Below, one piece after another: positions 1-8,772 of a stretch of 36,693 bases of DNA. Within the stretch, counting starts at the first letter, position 1. Each line of letters starts with the position of its first letter. The stretch comes from Thermococcus sp. JdFR-02 (GTDB lineage Archaea > Methanobacteriota_B > Thermococci > Thermococcales > Thermococcaceae), in contig MTLP01000038.1 in NCBI GenBank assembly GCA_002009975.1, positions 1-36,693 on the forward strand. Reading direction: 5' to 3'. Made by a program: the position numbers and the translations under genes. Below the pieces are notes generated by a model. The model saw nothing but the letters and a program-made list of their open reading frames with translations, searched no databases and was not told the origin of the DNA.

Positions 1-1136
1 TTTAACGCTACCAAATCAATTTCCTCACTTTTATGCCACCACTTTCCAATCTTAACAAACCTAAAAGGCAGTCTCTTCGCTTTGTTAAACTCAACCAAAA
101 ACTGCTTTGCTATCTTTTCGAATACAAACCCCAAATACTGATTATACTCTTCTTCAAAGCCTTCAATATACCCAAACTCAAGGAGCTGAGAACGATTAGG
201 ATAAACAAAGCGGAACCAGAAGTGATAATAGTTGTCACTAAGGTAATAACGAGCATTTCTCCTCTTCTCCGGTTTTCTAATTGGGTGTTTTTCTTCGATT
301 ATGTGGAGAATTTGAAGGTTGCTCAAATATTGAGAGACAGTTGAACTTGGTAGTCCTGTAAATGAAACTATCTCTCCGAATTTAGTCTTTCCAAAGGCTA
401 TTGCTTTAAGTATTTGGAAATACCTTGCTGGTTCTCTGAGCTCTGTCTTGAGTAAAAACTCAGCCTCATCAAAAAGCGGTTTGTTTGGTTGAAAAACTTC
501 TTCAAGATTTTCCCCGACATTGAATCTAAATTGAACTTCCTTTATATAGGCTGGAATTCCATCTGTTATGCCATAAATTTTCACAAGCTCCTCCCAGCTC
601 TTCTCTGGGAAAAATTCTTTTAGATAAAAGAATTTTAAGGGTTCAAGCTTTATTGAGAGAGTTCTCCTTCCGTAGAGGGGACTCTTGTAATCGAGAACAT
701 GACTTTCTATGAGACTTATTGACGAACCTGTCAAAACAAGCTTGAGTTTTGAATCGATACTATCCCAAATTTTCTGAAATTTCGAAATAATTGCTCTGTT
801 TGATTTAATCAGGTTTGGGAACTCATCAATTATGATCACTATATCTTCCTTGGAGAGGATTTCAAAGAGTTCTTCCCATGTTAACTCAGCCTTAGCTATG
901 AGAGGGTTCTCCAGAGCATAACTTACTAGTTTTCTAAAAGTTTTTAGGTTTTCTTCCTCAAGTGTTTCTTCAGCAAAGAAATAAATATGCCTTTTATTCT
1001 TGACTGATTCTTTCACAAGAGCAGTCTTTCCAATCCTCCTCCTGCCATAAATCACTATGAGCTCTTTTCTATCATTCGAGTATACTTTCTCCAATGCTTC
1101 GAGCTCAGATTTCCGATTAATAAATTGTTCATACAT
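1..1136 (-). CDS. Host archaeal ATPase (AAA ATPase_2 + wHTH + DUF234-type nuclease-like C-terminus), 3' end runs off window
   Basis: Manual translation (absent from the ORF track because there is no stop in the window): MYEQFINRKSELEALEK...IYGRRRIGKT (Walker A)...IIIDEFP (Walker B)...LTGSS...SPLYGRRT...GKWWHKSEEIDLVAL. Alternative in-frame ATG at 1151. Confidence 0.9.
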   Translation of the reverse strand, partial: MYEQFINRKSELEALEKVYSNDRKELIVIYGRRRIGKTALVKESVKNKRHIYFFAEETLEEENLKTFRKLVSYALENPLIAKAELTWEELFEILSKEDIVIIIDEFPNLIKSNRAIISKFQKIWDSIDSKLKLVLTGSSISLIESHVLDYKSPLYGRRTLSIKLEPLKFFYLKEFFPEKSWEELVKIYGITDGIPAYIKEVQFRFNVGENLEEVFQPNKPLFDEAEFLLKTELREPARYFQILKAIAFGKTKFGEIVSFTGLPSSTVSQYLSNLQILHIIEEKHPIRKPEKRRNARYYLSDNYYHFWFRFVYPNRSQLLEFGYIEGFEEEYNQYLGFVFEKIAKQFLVEFNKAKRLPFRFVKIGKWWHKSEEIDLVAL

Positions 1137-1339
1137 AATTATGATAATCATGCGTGAACTATTTAAGGTTTTTTATCTTTGGAACTTATCTGAAATGAGG
1201 AGTAACGAAATGTGATTTTTAAAAAGTTTAGTTAGAAGTGACATTTGTCATTTTAATTAGTTTACAACACTCAAAGATGTTATCTGAGAGAAAATGCATT
1301 CCGATAAAAGTACAAATGAGTTAGGTAAATACTTTTGAT

Positions 1340-1363
1340 CAAACTTTTCTGGCGAAAAGTTTG
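1340..1363. repeat. 10-bp perfect inverted repeat immediately 3' of the tRNA half (host tRNA downstream flank, possible terminator/processing hairpin)
   Basis: CAAACTTTTC-TGGC-GAAAAGTTTG, 3 nt beyond the tRNA CCA end on the minus strand. Confidence 0.6.
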
Positions 1364-2221
1364 TTATGGTGGGCCCGCGGGGATTCGAACCCCGGACCTC
1401 CGCCGTGTCAAAAGTCTCTAAACGAGTGTTGGAGCAATTATAGAGCCCAATTTGTAGAAAGGCTCTCCACACGAGTAAGCAAACGCACAAGGAAAGACTA
1501 TTTGAGCGCTTTAGATAGATTCTTTGACAAGTATACAATAAAGTCAATTAAAGATTTGAGAAGGGCTATTGAAGCAGAAAATTACAATGAGAAGATTGTA
1601 AAAGGATTGAGGAATTTCATAAACTTCTTGGTAGATGAGCTTATCATTGATGAAGGAACAGCAGCATTACTCAAAAGGCCATTGAAATTCAAGAGAAGTA
1701 CACCAAGACAAGTATTTATAACTGAAACAGAGTTAAGGAAAGCATATTCTATACTGACAGAAAAATTTGGGGAAGAAGCAGAGATTCTCCTTAAGCTCTT
1801 GGTCTTTACAGGCTTAAGGCTGAGACATCTCATTAAAATGCTCAACAACTATGATCCTCAAAATCTCGTTGTCGTGAATGAAAAAGTTGCTCGTTACCCG
1901 ATGATTGCATACAGTAAAGGAACAAAAAAGGCATTTTGGGCTTACATGCCGGCTGACTTTGCCAAGGAACTCAAGAGAATGGACATCACATATTATATGG
2001 CTCAAACGAGGATTAATTACAAGCGTGTTTCATCATCAACAATTAGAAAGTGGTTCTCGAACTTCATGGCTCAAAACAAAGTCCCGATGGAGGTCATTGA
2101 CTTCATTCAAGGGCGCTCTCCTCGTTCAGTTTTAGAAAGACATTATTTAAACATGACGGTTTTGGCAGATGAAGCTTATTCTGGTGTTGTTGATGAGTTA
2201 AAGAAAGTTTTAGAAAAATAA
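1361..2221 (+). CDS. int: SSV-type tyrosine integrase, C-terminal fragment (intC), split at att
   Basis: The N-terminus is the translated tRNA half (WWARGDSNPGPPPCQ). Catalytic motifs: FTGLR (R), KGTK (K), STIRKW, FIQGR, ERHY (Tyr nucleophile). Confidence 0.9.
   Translation: MLWWARGDSNPGPPPCQKSLNECWSNYRAQFVERLSTRVSKRTRKDYLSALDRFFDKYTIKSIKDLRRAIEAENYNEKIVKGLRNFINFLVDELIIDEGTAALLKRPLKFKRSTPRQVFITETELRKAYSILTEKFGEEAEILLKLLVFTGLRLRHLIKMLNNYDPQNLVVVNEKVARYPMIAYSKGTKKAFWAYMPADFAKELKRMDITYYMAQTRINYKRVSSSTIRKWFSNFMAQNKVPMEVIDFIQGRSPRSVLERHYLNMTVLADEAYSGVVDELKKVLEK
1367..1410 (-). tRNA. 3' half of tRNA-Val(GAC) = left att site of integrated element (partial tRNA, not a functional gene)
   Basis: Minus strand reads TGACACGGCGGAGGTCCGGGGTTCGAATCCCCGCGGGCCCACCA: anticodon GAC, T-loop GTTCGAAT, acceptor GGGCCC-A-CCA. 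The 5' half is absent and replaced by integrase coding sequence. Confidence 0.9.
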
Positions 2222-2236
2222 AGGGGGTGGTCGAGG

Positions 2237-2443
2237 TTGGCGCAAAGAGTTAGTGAGAAAGGGGTTATTGTGAGGGGTATTTCTACCGATGTGGACACTG
2301 AAATGATGGCAAAGATCCTTGCAATCGTGAAGAGATCTTCAAAAGCTCAAGTTTACAGAGAAGCAGTAGCAAAACTTTTTAGAGAAGAATTTGGGAATAA
2401 ACCTATACAGCAAGTAATTAAAGAGTTAGGGGTTGAAATATGA
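2237..2443 (+). CDS. Small ribbon-helix-helix (CopG/Arc-like) DNA-binding protein
   Basis: RBS GGGGTGG before TTG; beta-alpha-alpha pattern ISTDVDTEMMAKILAIV..SKAQVYREAV; ATGA overlap with next gene. Confidence 0.6.
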   Translation: MAQRVSEKGVIVRGISTDVDTEMMAKILAIVKRSSKAQVYREAVAKLFREEFGNKPIQQVIKELGVEI

Positions 2444-3930
2444 AAAGAGTAAAAGTCGAGTTACTTTGGCTTTTATTCATTGCATTTATTGTTAATTTTA
2501 CAGTTATCTATGGGCGAAAAATGCCTGTTGGAGCAAATGGTGGGGATACAATAATTCACATGGCAATGATTAGGGGAATTTACCTTGGTAGGAATATGTT
2601 TCTAGATCAACACTATAATGTTCCACCAAACTGGTACTCTTTTCTTTATCATTCTTTGATAGCTCTCTTAGCAAAACTCACTCATGCCTCAATTTGGACT
2701 CTCATGATCTGGACTCCCTTATTTTTTGCATTGCTTATGGTCTTTGCATGGTATAAGCTCGGAGAAGAGTTGGATGGAAGGTACGGAGGAATTCTGTTGG
2801 GTTCATTATCTTTTTTGGCCCTTAAATCACAACTTTTTCCCAATCCTAAAGCTTTAATCCCAATTTTCTTGCCCTTCTTTTACCTAATGACCTTAAAATA
2901 TCAAAAAACAAAGGGTTATAGATATGTCATTTTCTCAGGAGTTTTATTGTCAGCAATGCTTTGGACCCATTACAATGCAATATTCTCACTTATTGGAGCT
3001 TTAGGATTCTACGCTTTCCTGAAACTTCGGGAGGATAAAAATTACTTGTTAATCGCTCTAATTGGAGGAATGTTGTTTTTACCCTTTGTTTTGAACATTG
3101 TGATTCATGTTGAACCTGGAGCAACTATGGGTGTTGAGGATGTAAGGCATTATTGGGAATGGGATAATATCTGGAGCCGGCTCAGGAGTATAATTCCAGC
3201 CTACTGGCTACTTCCTCTATGGATATTGGGTTTATGGACAATATACAAACGAAAGAACAAGTTTGATGAGTTTATCCTCACAATTATTTTAGGTATCTGG
3301 ATAATGAGAGTAATTCCAGAGTATTTGAGTTATTTTGGAATTAAAGTGTTTTCAACAAGATTTGTGATACCACTTCATTACACTTATTTGATTGTCTATT
3401 TCTTTGGATTAGAATATATTGTGAGTAGGATTACATTGAAAAGGATATTAACCTACTCAGTTGCATTGATGCTTGTAGTTTATGGTTCATTAAGCTTTGT
3501 AGAGTATAATTACAATTGTTTTAGCTCTAAATACACATATAAAAACTTTGAGGACCTAGCAGGTAACTATACTAGGGGCATTGTAAAAGCCTCTGAATGG
3601 ATTCGTGAGAACGCTAAAAGGGATGACTACCTAATTGGGCATCCTTACACTTTAGAATGGATTGCAGGCTTCACGGGAAGGCCTGTTGTTGCTGTATCCT
3701 ATGGGCATGGAAACCCATTTCTGAATATGAAACAAAGAAGAGAAGATATTAGGGAGTTTTTCACAAATCCAAGGAAAAGAGCAGAAATTATCAAAAAATA
3801 TGGGATTAAATATGTTATTTTAGGCCCATTTGCTGAGAAGGAGTATAACATTACAGTTGAAGATTTTGGCGATGATTTTAGAGTTGTATTTCACCGATGG
3901 AAGTTTTATATCCTGGAGGTGGAAAAATGA
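2440..3930 (+). CDS. Multi-pass membrane GT-C-fold glycosyltransferase-like protein
   Basis: Roughly 10-12 hydrophobic segments; first external loop GGDTIIH...NWYSFLYH; C-terminal soluble domain (EWIRENAKRDD...WIAGFTGRPVV...IIKKYGIKYVILG) resembles STT3/AglB-like C-terminal domains but lacks WWDYG. Confidence 0.65.
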   Translation: MKRVKVELLWLLFIAFIVNFTVIYGRKMPVGANGGDTIIHMAMIRGIYLGRNMFLDQHYNVPPNWYSFLYHSLIALLAKLTHASIWTLMIWTPLFFALLMVFAWYKLGEELDGRYGGILLGSLSFLALKSQLFPNPKALIPIFLPFFYLMTLKYQKTKGYRYVIFSGVLLSAMLWTHYNAIFSLIGALGFYAFLKLREDKNYLLIALIGGMLFLPFVLNIVIHVEPGATMGVEDVRHYWEWDNIWSRLRSIIPAYWLLPLWILGLWTIYKRKNKFDEFILTIILGIWIMRVIPEYLSYFGIKVFSTRFVIPLHYTYLIVYFFGLEYIVSRITLKRILTYSVALMLVVYGSLSFVEYNYNCFSSKYTYKNFEDLAGNYTRGIVKASEWIRENAKRDDYLIGHPYTLEWIAGFTGRPVVAVSYGHGNPFLNMKQRREDIREFFTNPRKRAEIIKKYGIKYVILGPFAEKEYNITVEDFGDDFRVVFHRWKFYILEVEK

Positions 3931-4304
3931 GAACCCTTCCATATTTGATTTTGGGAGCGTGTATTTTACTTGGAGGAACAACACAGATACTCTTTAAGCT
4001 TGGCATGAATTCTGTTGGGACTTTAGACTCTGCTGAAAGAATTCTTTCATTAAAAACTGTTGAACTCGTGTTATCAAACAAATACATACTCTTGGGACTA
4101 GTGCTGTATGGCATATCATCAGTGCTTTGGCTCGTTGGGCTCTCAATGCTTGATGTCAGTTTGATGTATCCATTACTGAGCCTTGCTTATTTTGTCACCA
4201 CTATTTTGGCGTTTTTTATTCTTAATGAACCTGTAAGAACAAGCAGGTGGATTGGAGTGATACTGATTATCATTGGAAGTATTTTAGTAGGGCTGAACAA
4301 GTGA
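3927..4304 (+). CDS. EamA/SMR (DMT) small 4-TM transporter, ArnE/ArnF-like lipid-sugar flippase
   Basis: RBS GGAGGTGG, ATGA overlap. Motifs QILFKLG, WLVGLSMLDVSLMYPLLSLAY, LNEPV..RWIGVILIIIG. Confidence 0.8.
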   Translation: MRTLPYLILGACILLGGTTQILFKLGMNSVGTLDSAERILSLKTVELVLSNKYILLGLVLYGISSVLWLVGLSMLDVSLMYPLLSLAYFVTTILAFFILNEPVRTSRWIGVILIIIGSILVGLNK

Positions 4305-4307
4305 TTC

Positions 4308-4342
4308 GCTAAATCTTAGCTAACTTTTAGCTAAATCTTAGC
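4308..4342. promoter_or_regulatory. Three overlapping palindromes GCTAA-N3-TTAGC at 11-bp period upstream of the core operon
   Basis: GCTAAATCTTAGC (4308-4320), GCTAACTTTTAGC (4319-4331), GCTAAATCTTAGC (4330-4342); TATA-like CTTAAAT about 10 bp downstream. Confidence 0.7.
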
Positions 4343-4429
4343 TGATACGGGCTTAAATGAGTTCTTCTAACTTTTCTTAGGCTATCTTACGATAAATGGA
4401 ATCAGGAACAACGTTGTGGAGATGGTAGC

Positions 4430-4564
4430 ATGGAGTTGCTGAAAGAGGATATTGTTTCTCTTCAGGAGAAGCTCAAGCGGATCAAGAAACGCATTACTGA
4501 GCTTAGACGGGAAGAAGCAAGGCTTTTGAGGCAGATAAAGCAGTCAGGGGTGAAAAGTGCATGA
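4430..4564 (+). CDS. Small coiled-coil protein (44 aa)
   Basis: Manual translation MELLKEDIVSLQEKLKRIKKRITELRREEARLLRQIKQSGVKSA; GGAGATGG upstream; ATGA overlap with the 4561 ORF. Confidence 0.6.
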   Translation: MELLKEDIVSLQEKLKRIKKRITELRREEARLLRQIKQSGVKSA

Positions 4565-4920
4565 AATCAAAAAGCATTGTTCAATTAGTCCTCTTTGTGT
4601 TAATAGCAGTATTCTTCGGCTATGTTGCTTGGGACAGTATAACGAAGGAAGCAGTATTTTTTGGAGCAATTGGTGGGCTCATCATGCATTGGGCCCTGAC
4701 AAACAAGGGCAATAAAAACGTGATTTACTTCAAACCCTTCACAGCGGGATGGAGAGTGCTAATCTACGATATGCTGTTGTTGACATGGCTCATAACTCTT
4801 TATCAGAGTGCTGGAAACTTCAGTGCTTTTCTGAGCTCTTTGGCTGCTTTGAACGAAAAGACTGCTCTTTTGGTTGCAATTTTAGCTGGCATAATCACTG
4901 ACTATGCTGTGGGAGGGTGA
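4561..4920 (+). CDS. Membrane protein (about 4 TM), element core
   Basis: RBS GGGGTGA; hydrophobic segments throughout. Confidence 0.8.
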   Translation: MKSKSIVQLVLFVLIAVFFGYVAWDSITKEAVFFGAIGGLIMHWALTNKGNKNVIYFKPFTAGWRVLIYDMLLLTWLITLYQSAGNFSAFLSSLAALNEKTALLVAILAGIITDYAVGG

Positions 4921-4924
4921 GAAG

Positions 4925-6748
4925 ATGAAAAGAGTGTTAAGCGTTTTGTTAGGTTTGCTAGTGCTGTTTGGAGGTTTAGTAAATGCTTTGGTGCAGGATG
5001 ATGTCAATAAATTCACTTTAGTGTATGAAACGGATAGCGATAATGATGCAAGTGGTTCGGTGACTTGGGATAGCGTAAAAAGTGCGGTAGCGTTTTCTTG
5101 GAGTGATAGTGGTGGCAATTATGTTTCCTATGCAATATACATGTACAATGAGACATTTAGTTCTACAAAGTTGAGATTTAATGTGTTCGCTTCTGGTGGG
5201 AATGGCACTTATACGGGCGTTTCGGTTGGGGTTATTGTAACAACAACAAGCGGTATTAAGTATGGGTTGCAGTATAAGTCATCAAACAAGTATGGTGGAA
5301 TTCCTACTTCATTAGCTGACCAAAGTTATGACATTATAACTTTGGATAATGCATATAATGGTTGGGTTGAGTTGATAATAGATGTTGTTCAAGAGTTGCA
5401 AAATCAAGGAGTTTCAATAACAGAAAGCGATATCTTAAGCGTTCAGGCTTTTGTTTCACTTTCAGCTTATTCAAGTAGTGTTAATTTATATGTACAGGAC
5501 ATAAGTCCAGCTTATTATAGTGTTACTTTTAACTTAAAAGACGCTTTGACGGGTCAATCTCTTACTGGTGTAACAGTAAAGGAAGGAAACACTACTTTGG
5601 GCACGATTGATGACGGTGGGAGCTTAGAACTAACAAAGGACACTCACACACTCACTTTTGAAAAAACGGGCTATTGGAGCGTTCAAAAGACGATTGACGT
5701 TCAAAGCGATATGAGCGTTACCGTTGAAATGTACCCTGACACCGCTGCTTTCAAGTTCTTTAATTTTCCAAGTAACATTCAAATCTATGAGAACAGCATC
5801 TACGAGCTAACGTTCACATTAAGCCCGATTGATACAAGTGCAACTTATAACACTTACTTAAGCTTAAGCGGGCTTTCTGATGTTTTAGAAGTGAGGAAAG
5901 ATGGACAACTGATTTCTCCAGAGGGAGGAAAATACTATTTGGGAGATATTGGTGGAGATACTCAAGTTAGCATTAAGTTCAAAGCAACAACAGTTGGAAC
6001 TAAGGCATTCTCGATAACTTTGACTTCAAATGATGCCATAATGAGTAAAACATACACCACAAGCAAACAAGTACCTTATGAGGTTGTTCCTCTACCATTC
6101 AGCATTCAGCTTCCGGACTGGACGGTTGGTGAAAATTCCCTTAGAATTGCAGAGAATAGCGGCCAAAACATGGTATTAACTCTTAGTCTCAAAGATTCTG
6201 AAGGAAACGAAGTCTGGAGTGATTCCTATAGCTTTGGACCTTATGAGTCTCATGAATTCACAGTCAACATTCCAAAAGAGGGTGTTTACACTCTTGAGAT
6301 TCAGTTTTCTGGAACTACAGCAGTTTTTGACATAAATGTTAATCCTCCAATTCAATTACTCACAGAGAGCATTACAGTTGGAAAAGGCGATGTTGGAGCA
6401 ATTCAACTGCTTGTTAAGAATCCTTCAAGCCTTACAAAATACTATGAGGTAGTTTTGACTGGAGGATTCATTGAGGGAAACATTACCAAGGCAATTGCTA
6501 TTGCTCCAGCAAGTGAGAAAACTGTTGAGATTGCTTTCCAAGTCCCAAAAGATGTGCAATTTGATGCTTATGATCTCCAGATTGAGATCTTAGAAGGAAA
6601 TGAAGTCCTGTTTAAGGGACTTGTCCATGTCATGATTGACAATTCTGGCTTCAGTCTGCCAATAGGCTCTGGAGGCTCAACACTTCCATTGGCTCTTGGT
6701 GCCTTGATCCTAATTGGTGGAGCCATTTATGTTCTGAGAAGGAGGTGA
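4925..6748 (+). CDS. Secreted, C-terminally anchored beta-rich surface protein with PEGA/carboxypeptidase-regulatory-like domain (t26-5p-like position)
   Basis: RBS GGAGGGTGA; signal peptide MKRVLSVLLGLLVLFGGLVNA; VTFNLKDALTGQSLTGVTV...HTLTFEKTGY repeat type; Gly-rich linker, TM helix and RRR at the C-terminus. Confidence 0.8.
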   Translation: MKRVLSVLLGLLVLFGGLVNALVQDDVNKFTLVYETDSDNDASGSVTWDSVKSAVAFSWSDSGGNYVSYAIYMYNETFSSTKLRFNVFASGGNGTYTGVSVGVIVTTTSGIKYGLQYKSSNKYGGIPTSLADQSYDIITLDNAYNGWVELIIDVVQELQNQGVSITESDILSVQAFVSLSAYSSSVNLYVQDISPAYYSVTFNLKDALTGQSLTGVTVKEGNTTLGTIDDGGSLELTKDTHTLTFEKTGYWSVQKTIDVQSDMSVTVEMYPDTAAFKFFNFPSNIQIYENSIYELTFTLSPIDTSATYNTYLSLSGLSDVLEVRKDGQLISPEGGKYYLGDIGGDTQVSIKFKATTVGTKAFSITLTSNDAIMSKTYTTSKQVPYEVVPLPFSIQLPDWTVGENSLRIAENSGQNMVLTLSLKDSEGNEVWSDSYSFGPYESHEFTVNIPKEGVYTLEIQFSGTTAVFDINVNPPIQLLTESITVGKGDVGAIQLLVKNPSSLTKYYEVVLTGGFIEGNITKAIAIAPASEKTVEIAFQVPKDVQFDAYDLQIEILEGNEVLFKGLVHVMIDNSGFSLPIGSGGSTLPLALGALILIGGAIYVLRRR

Positions 6749-6752
6749 GTTC

Positions 6753-8759
6753 ATGAACCCTCTTTTTCAATTCTTTAGTTTTTTCAAGCCAAAGAGAAGA
6801 AGAGCACTTGCACCACTAGCAGTATTAGCAATAATAGCAATTGTCTCAATTGCCTCTGCAGCAGTTACGTACTATGTTACTAAAGAGGACTCTAAAACGT
6901 CTATGACAAGTTACAGTGCATCACGTTATGCAAATCAAACAACTATCACAACTGATGAGGATTTGCTTGAAAGTAAGCAAATTGTCCAAGAGGCAAATCA
7001 ACAGGCTTATCAAAAGATTGCAGAGTTGAATGCAAAGTTGAGAAGCGATCTAACTACTTATGACATTACAGAAACCGGAGCAACTGGAGATTTATGGGCA
7101 AGAGTCTTTGGTCCTGAGAAGATTTATGGATTTTCAGCATTTCCAGTGCAGATTAAAGTTTTCACAAAAGAAAGCCCAATTCCATTTTCAGTCGTTCATA
7201 TAAGATCCGTTAAGGTTTATCTGAAAGATGAAGATGGCAACATTCTTTGGACAAGAACATGGGACTATGGAACCGGATCAGAAGGCTTGAATGGGGAATC
7301 AATAGTTTATTCAACAATCTTGAAAGTTCCAGATCCATTTATTTACCAAGTTGAAAGTGCCATCAACACAGGAGCAATCTCAAAGAACTTAATCGAGAGT
7401 ATTTTCAATGCAAGCACAAAGGCTTGGGAAATACATGTTGATGTTGATGCTTATAGAGAAATGTATCAGAGCACTCCAGTCTCAAGCGTCAATGATTGTC
7501 AGGCTCAAGGAGGCAAGTGGGATTCTCAAACAAATACTTGTTATGTCTTTGTCAAAAATGTTGAGATCAATTATCATGTTGAAACCACCAGTGCATGGAG
7601 ACATGTAACGAGGGCAAAGGATGTTGCCCTCCTAGATGAGGGCATGTATGCAAGTTTACCAATTAAATTCCTTCAGACAAATGAAGCTAGTAAATGGGCT
7701 CTTTATCAAGAGAAATTTGCTGGAGCCCTCTCGAACTTCATAATCCTTACTTATGCGACTCCAGTACATATAATGGGCTCAACAGCTGATTATAAATTCT
7801 TCATTGCTCCAAATCCCGGATACTTTGATCCTTTGAACGTTACATTTAGTGATGATTTCAGATTTGCGTCAGTAAGAGTTTACAAGGATGGACATTGGGA
7901 ATTGGCTGACAGTATAAGAGGAGATTTGGGAACGTTATCTGATGACTCAAGTGTTGAAAAGGTCCTTAATGTTAGATATACAACTGGAGATGATGTTCTA
8001 ACTTACAGGAGCTTTGGACTTGTGTTGTTCACCATAACCCGGGATGATGGGCAACAAATTAAAGTTTGGCTTGTTGCAGAGCCTGATGTTTCAGTTTTGC
8101 AAAATACAAGAGTTGTTTTAGATGATAATCAAGTTGAAATGCTTGCTCAAGTTGCAAGCGATAACCAGATTTCTGAGGATGAAAGAGAGAAGATAATTCA
8201 AACTGCGAACACTCTCATTAATGGACTTAGAGAGAAAATTGATCAGGCTGAGCAGTTAAAGACTAAAGCACAAAATATGGGCAATTCTCAAGCAAAAGAT
8301 TATGCAGAAAAGGCAATTTGGACTTATAATGAGGCAATTAAGGCTTTAGAGAAAGCTAAGGATACAGATGATTCTCAAATGTTTCTTAATTGGTTAAATG
8401 TAGCAAAGAAGTTTGAGCAAGCCGGTGATTTTTACACTAATGCAGCTGATAAAGCTCTCTATAATGAAATCGAGCAAGCCAAGTTAGATGCTAAAGCCGC
8501 AGAGGATCTTGTGAATCTTGCTAATGAGTATAAGCCAGGATTTAATTTAGGTTCCCTTCTAAGCGGAGATCTTCCGTTGGGACTTTCTGAAATGGACATT
8601 GTAGTGATAGTCATTGGCTTCATCGTTGCCTGGTTTGGAAGACAAATGTTTGGCAGCCTTGGAGCCCTTGCAGGCTTAATCGTCATCATTGGATGGTTTG
8701 CAGGAAAAGGAATTGGAATGGGTATTGATTGGCTTGTTGATAAGTTGAAATTCTGGTAA
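6753..8759 (+). CDS. Large membrane-anchored core protein (T26-6p-like: beta domains + helical bundle + C-terminal TMs)
   Basis: RBS GGAGGTGA; N-terminal KRRRA + hydrophobic helix; beta-rich middle; helical region from about aa 455; two C-terminal TM segments. Size, architecture and position resemble pT26-2 family T26-6p. Confidence 0.75.
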   Translation: MNPLFQFFSFFKPKRRRALAPLAVLAIIAIVSIASAAVTYYVTKEDSKTSMTSYSASRYANQTTITTDEDLLESKQIVQEANQQAYQKIAELNAKLRSDLTTYDITETGATGDLWARVFGPEKIYGFSAFPVQIKVFTKESPIPFSVVHIRSVKVYLKDEDGNILWTRTWDYGTGSEGLNGESIVYSTILKVPDPFIYQVESAINTGAISKNLIESIFNASTKAWEIHVDVDAYREMYQSTPVSSVNDCQAQGGKWDSQTNTCYVFVKNVEINYHVETTSAWRHVTRAKDVALLDEGMYASLPIKFLQTNEASKWALYQEKFAGALSNFIILTYATPVHIMGSTADYKFFIAPNPGYFDPLNVTFSDDFRFASVRVYKDGHWELADSIRGDLGTLSDDSSVEKVLNVRYTTGDDVLTYRSFGLVLFTITRDDGQQIKVWLVAEPDVSVLQNTRVVLDDNQVEMLAQVASDNQISEDEREKIIQTANTLINGLREKIDQAEQLKTKAQNMGNSQAKDYAEKAIWTYNEAIKALEKAKDTDDSQMFLNWLNVAKKFEQAGDFYTNAADKALYNEIEQAKLDAKAAEDLVNLANEYKPGFNLGSLLSGDLPLGLSEMDIVVIVIGFIVAWFGRQMFGSLGALAGLIVIIGWFAGKGIGMGIDWLVDKLKFW

Positions 8760-8772
8760 AGGAGGTGAAAAA

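Noticed and set aside
33-344. Plus-strand 103-aa ORF
   Set aside because: Antisense shadow of the host ATPase gene, which has clear motifs.
1367-1440. Complete tRNA-Val gene
   Set aside because: Only the anticodon loop to CCA is present; no D-arm or 5' acceptor strand upstream, so it is an att remnant.
2440-3930. AglB oligosaccharyltransferase
   Set aside because: Too short and lacks the WWDYG motif; kept only as GT-C-like.
4308-4342. CRISPR array
   Set aside because: Units are 11-13 bp with no spacers, and no cas genes or CRISPR-like arrays were seen anywhere in the window.
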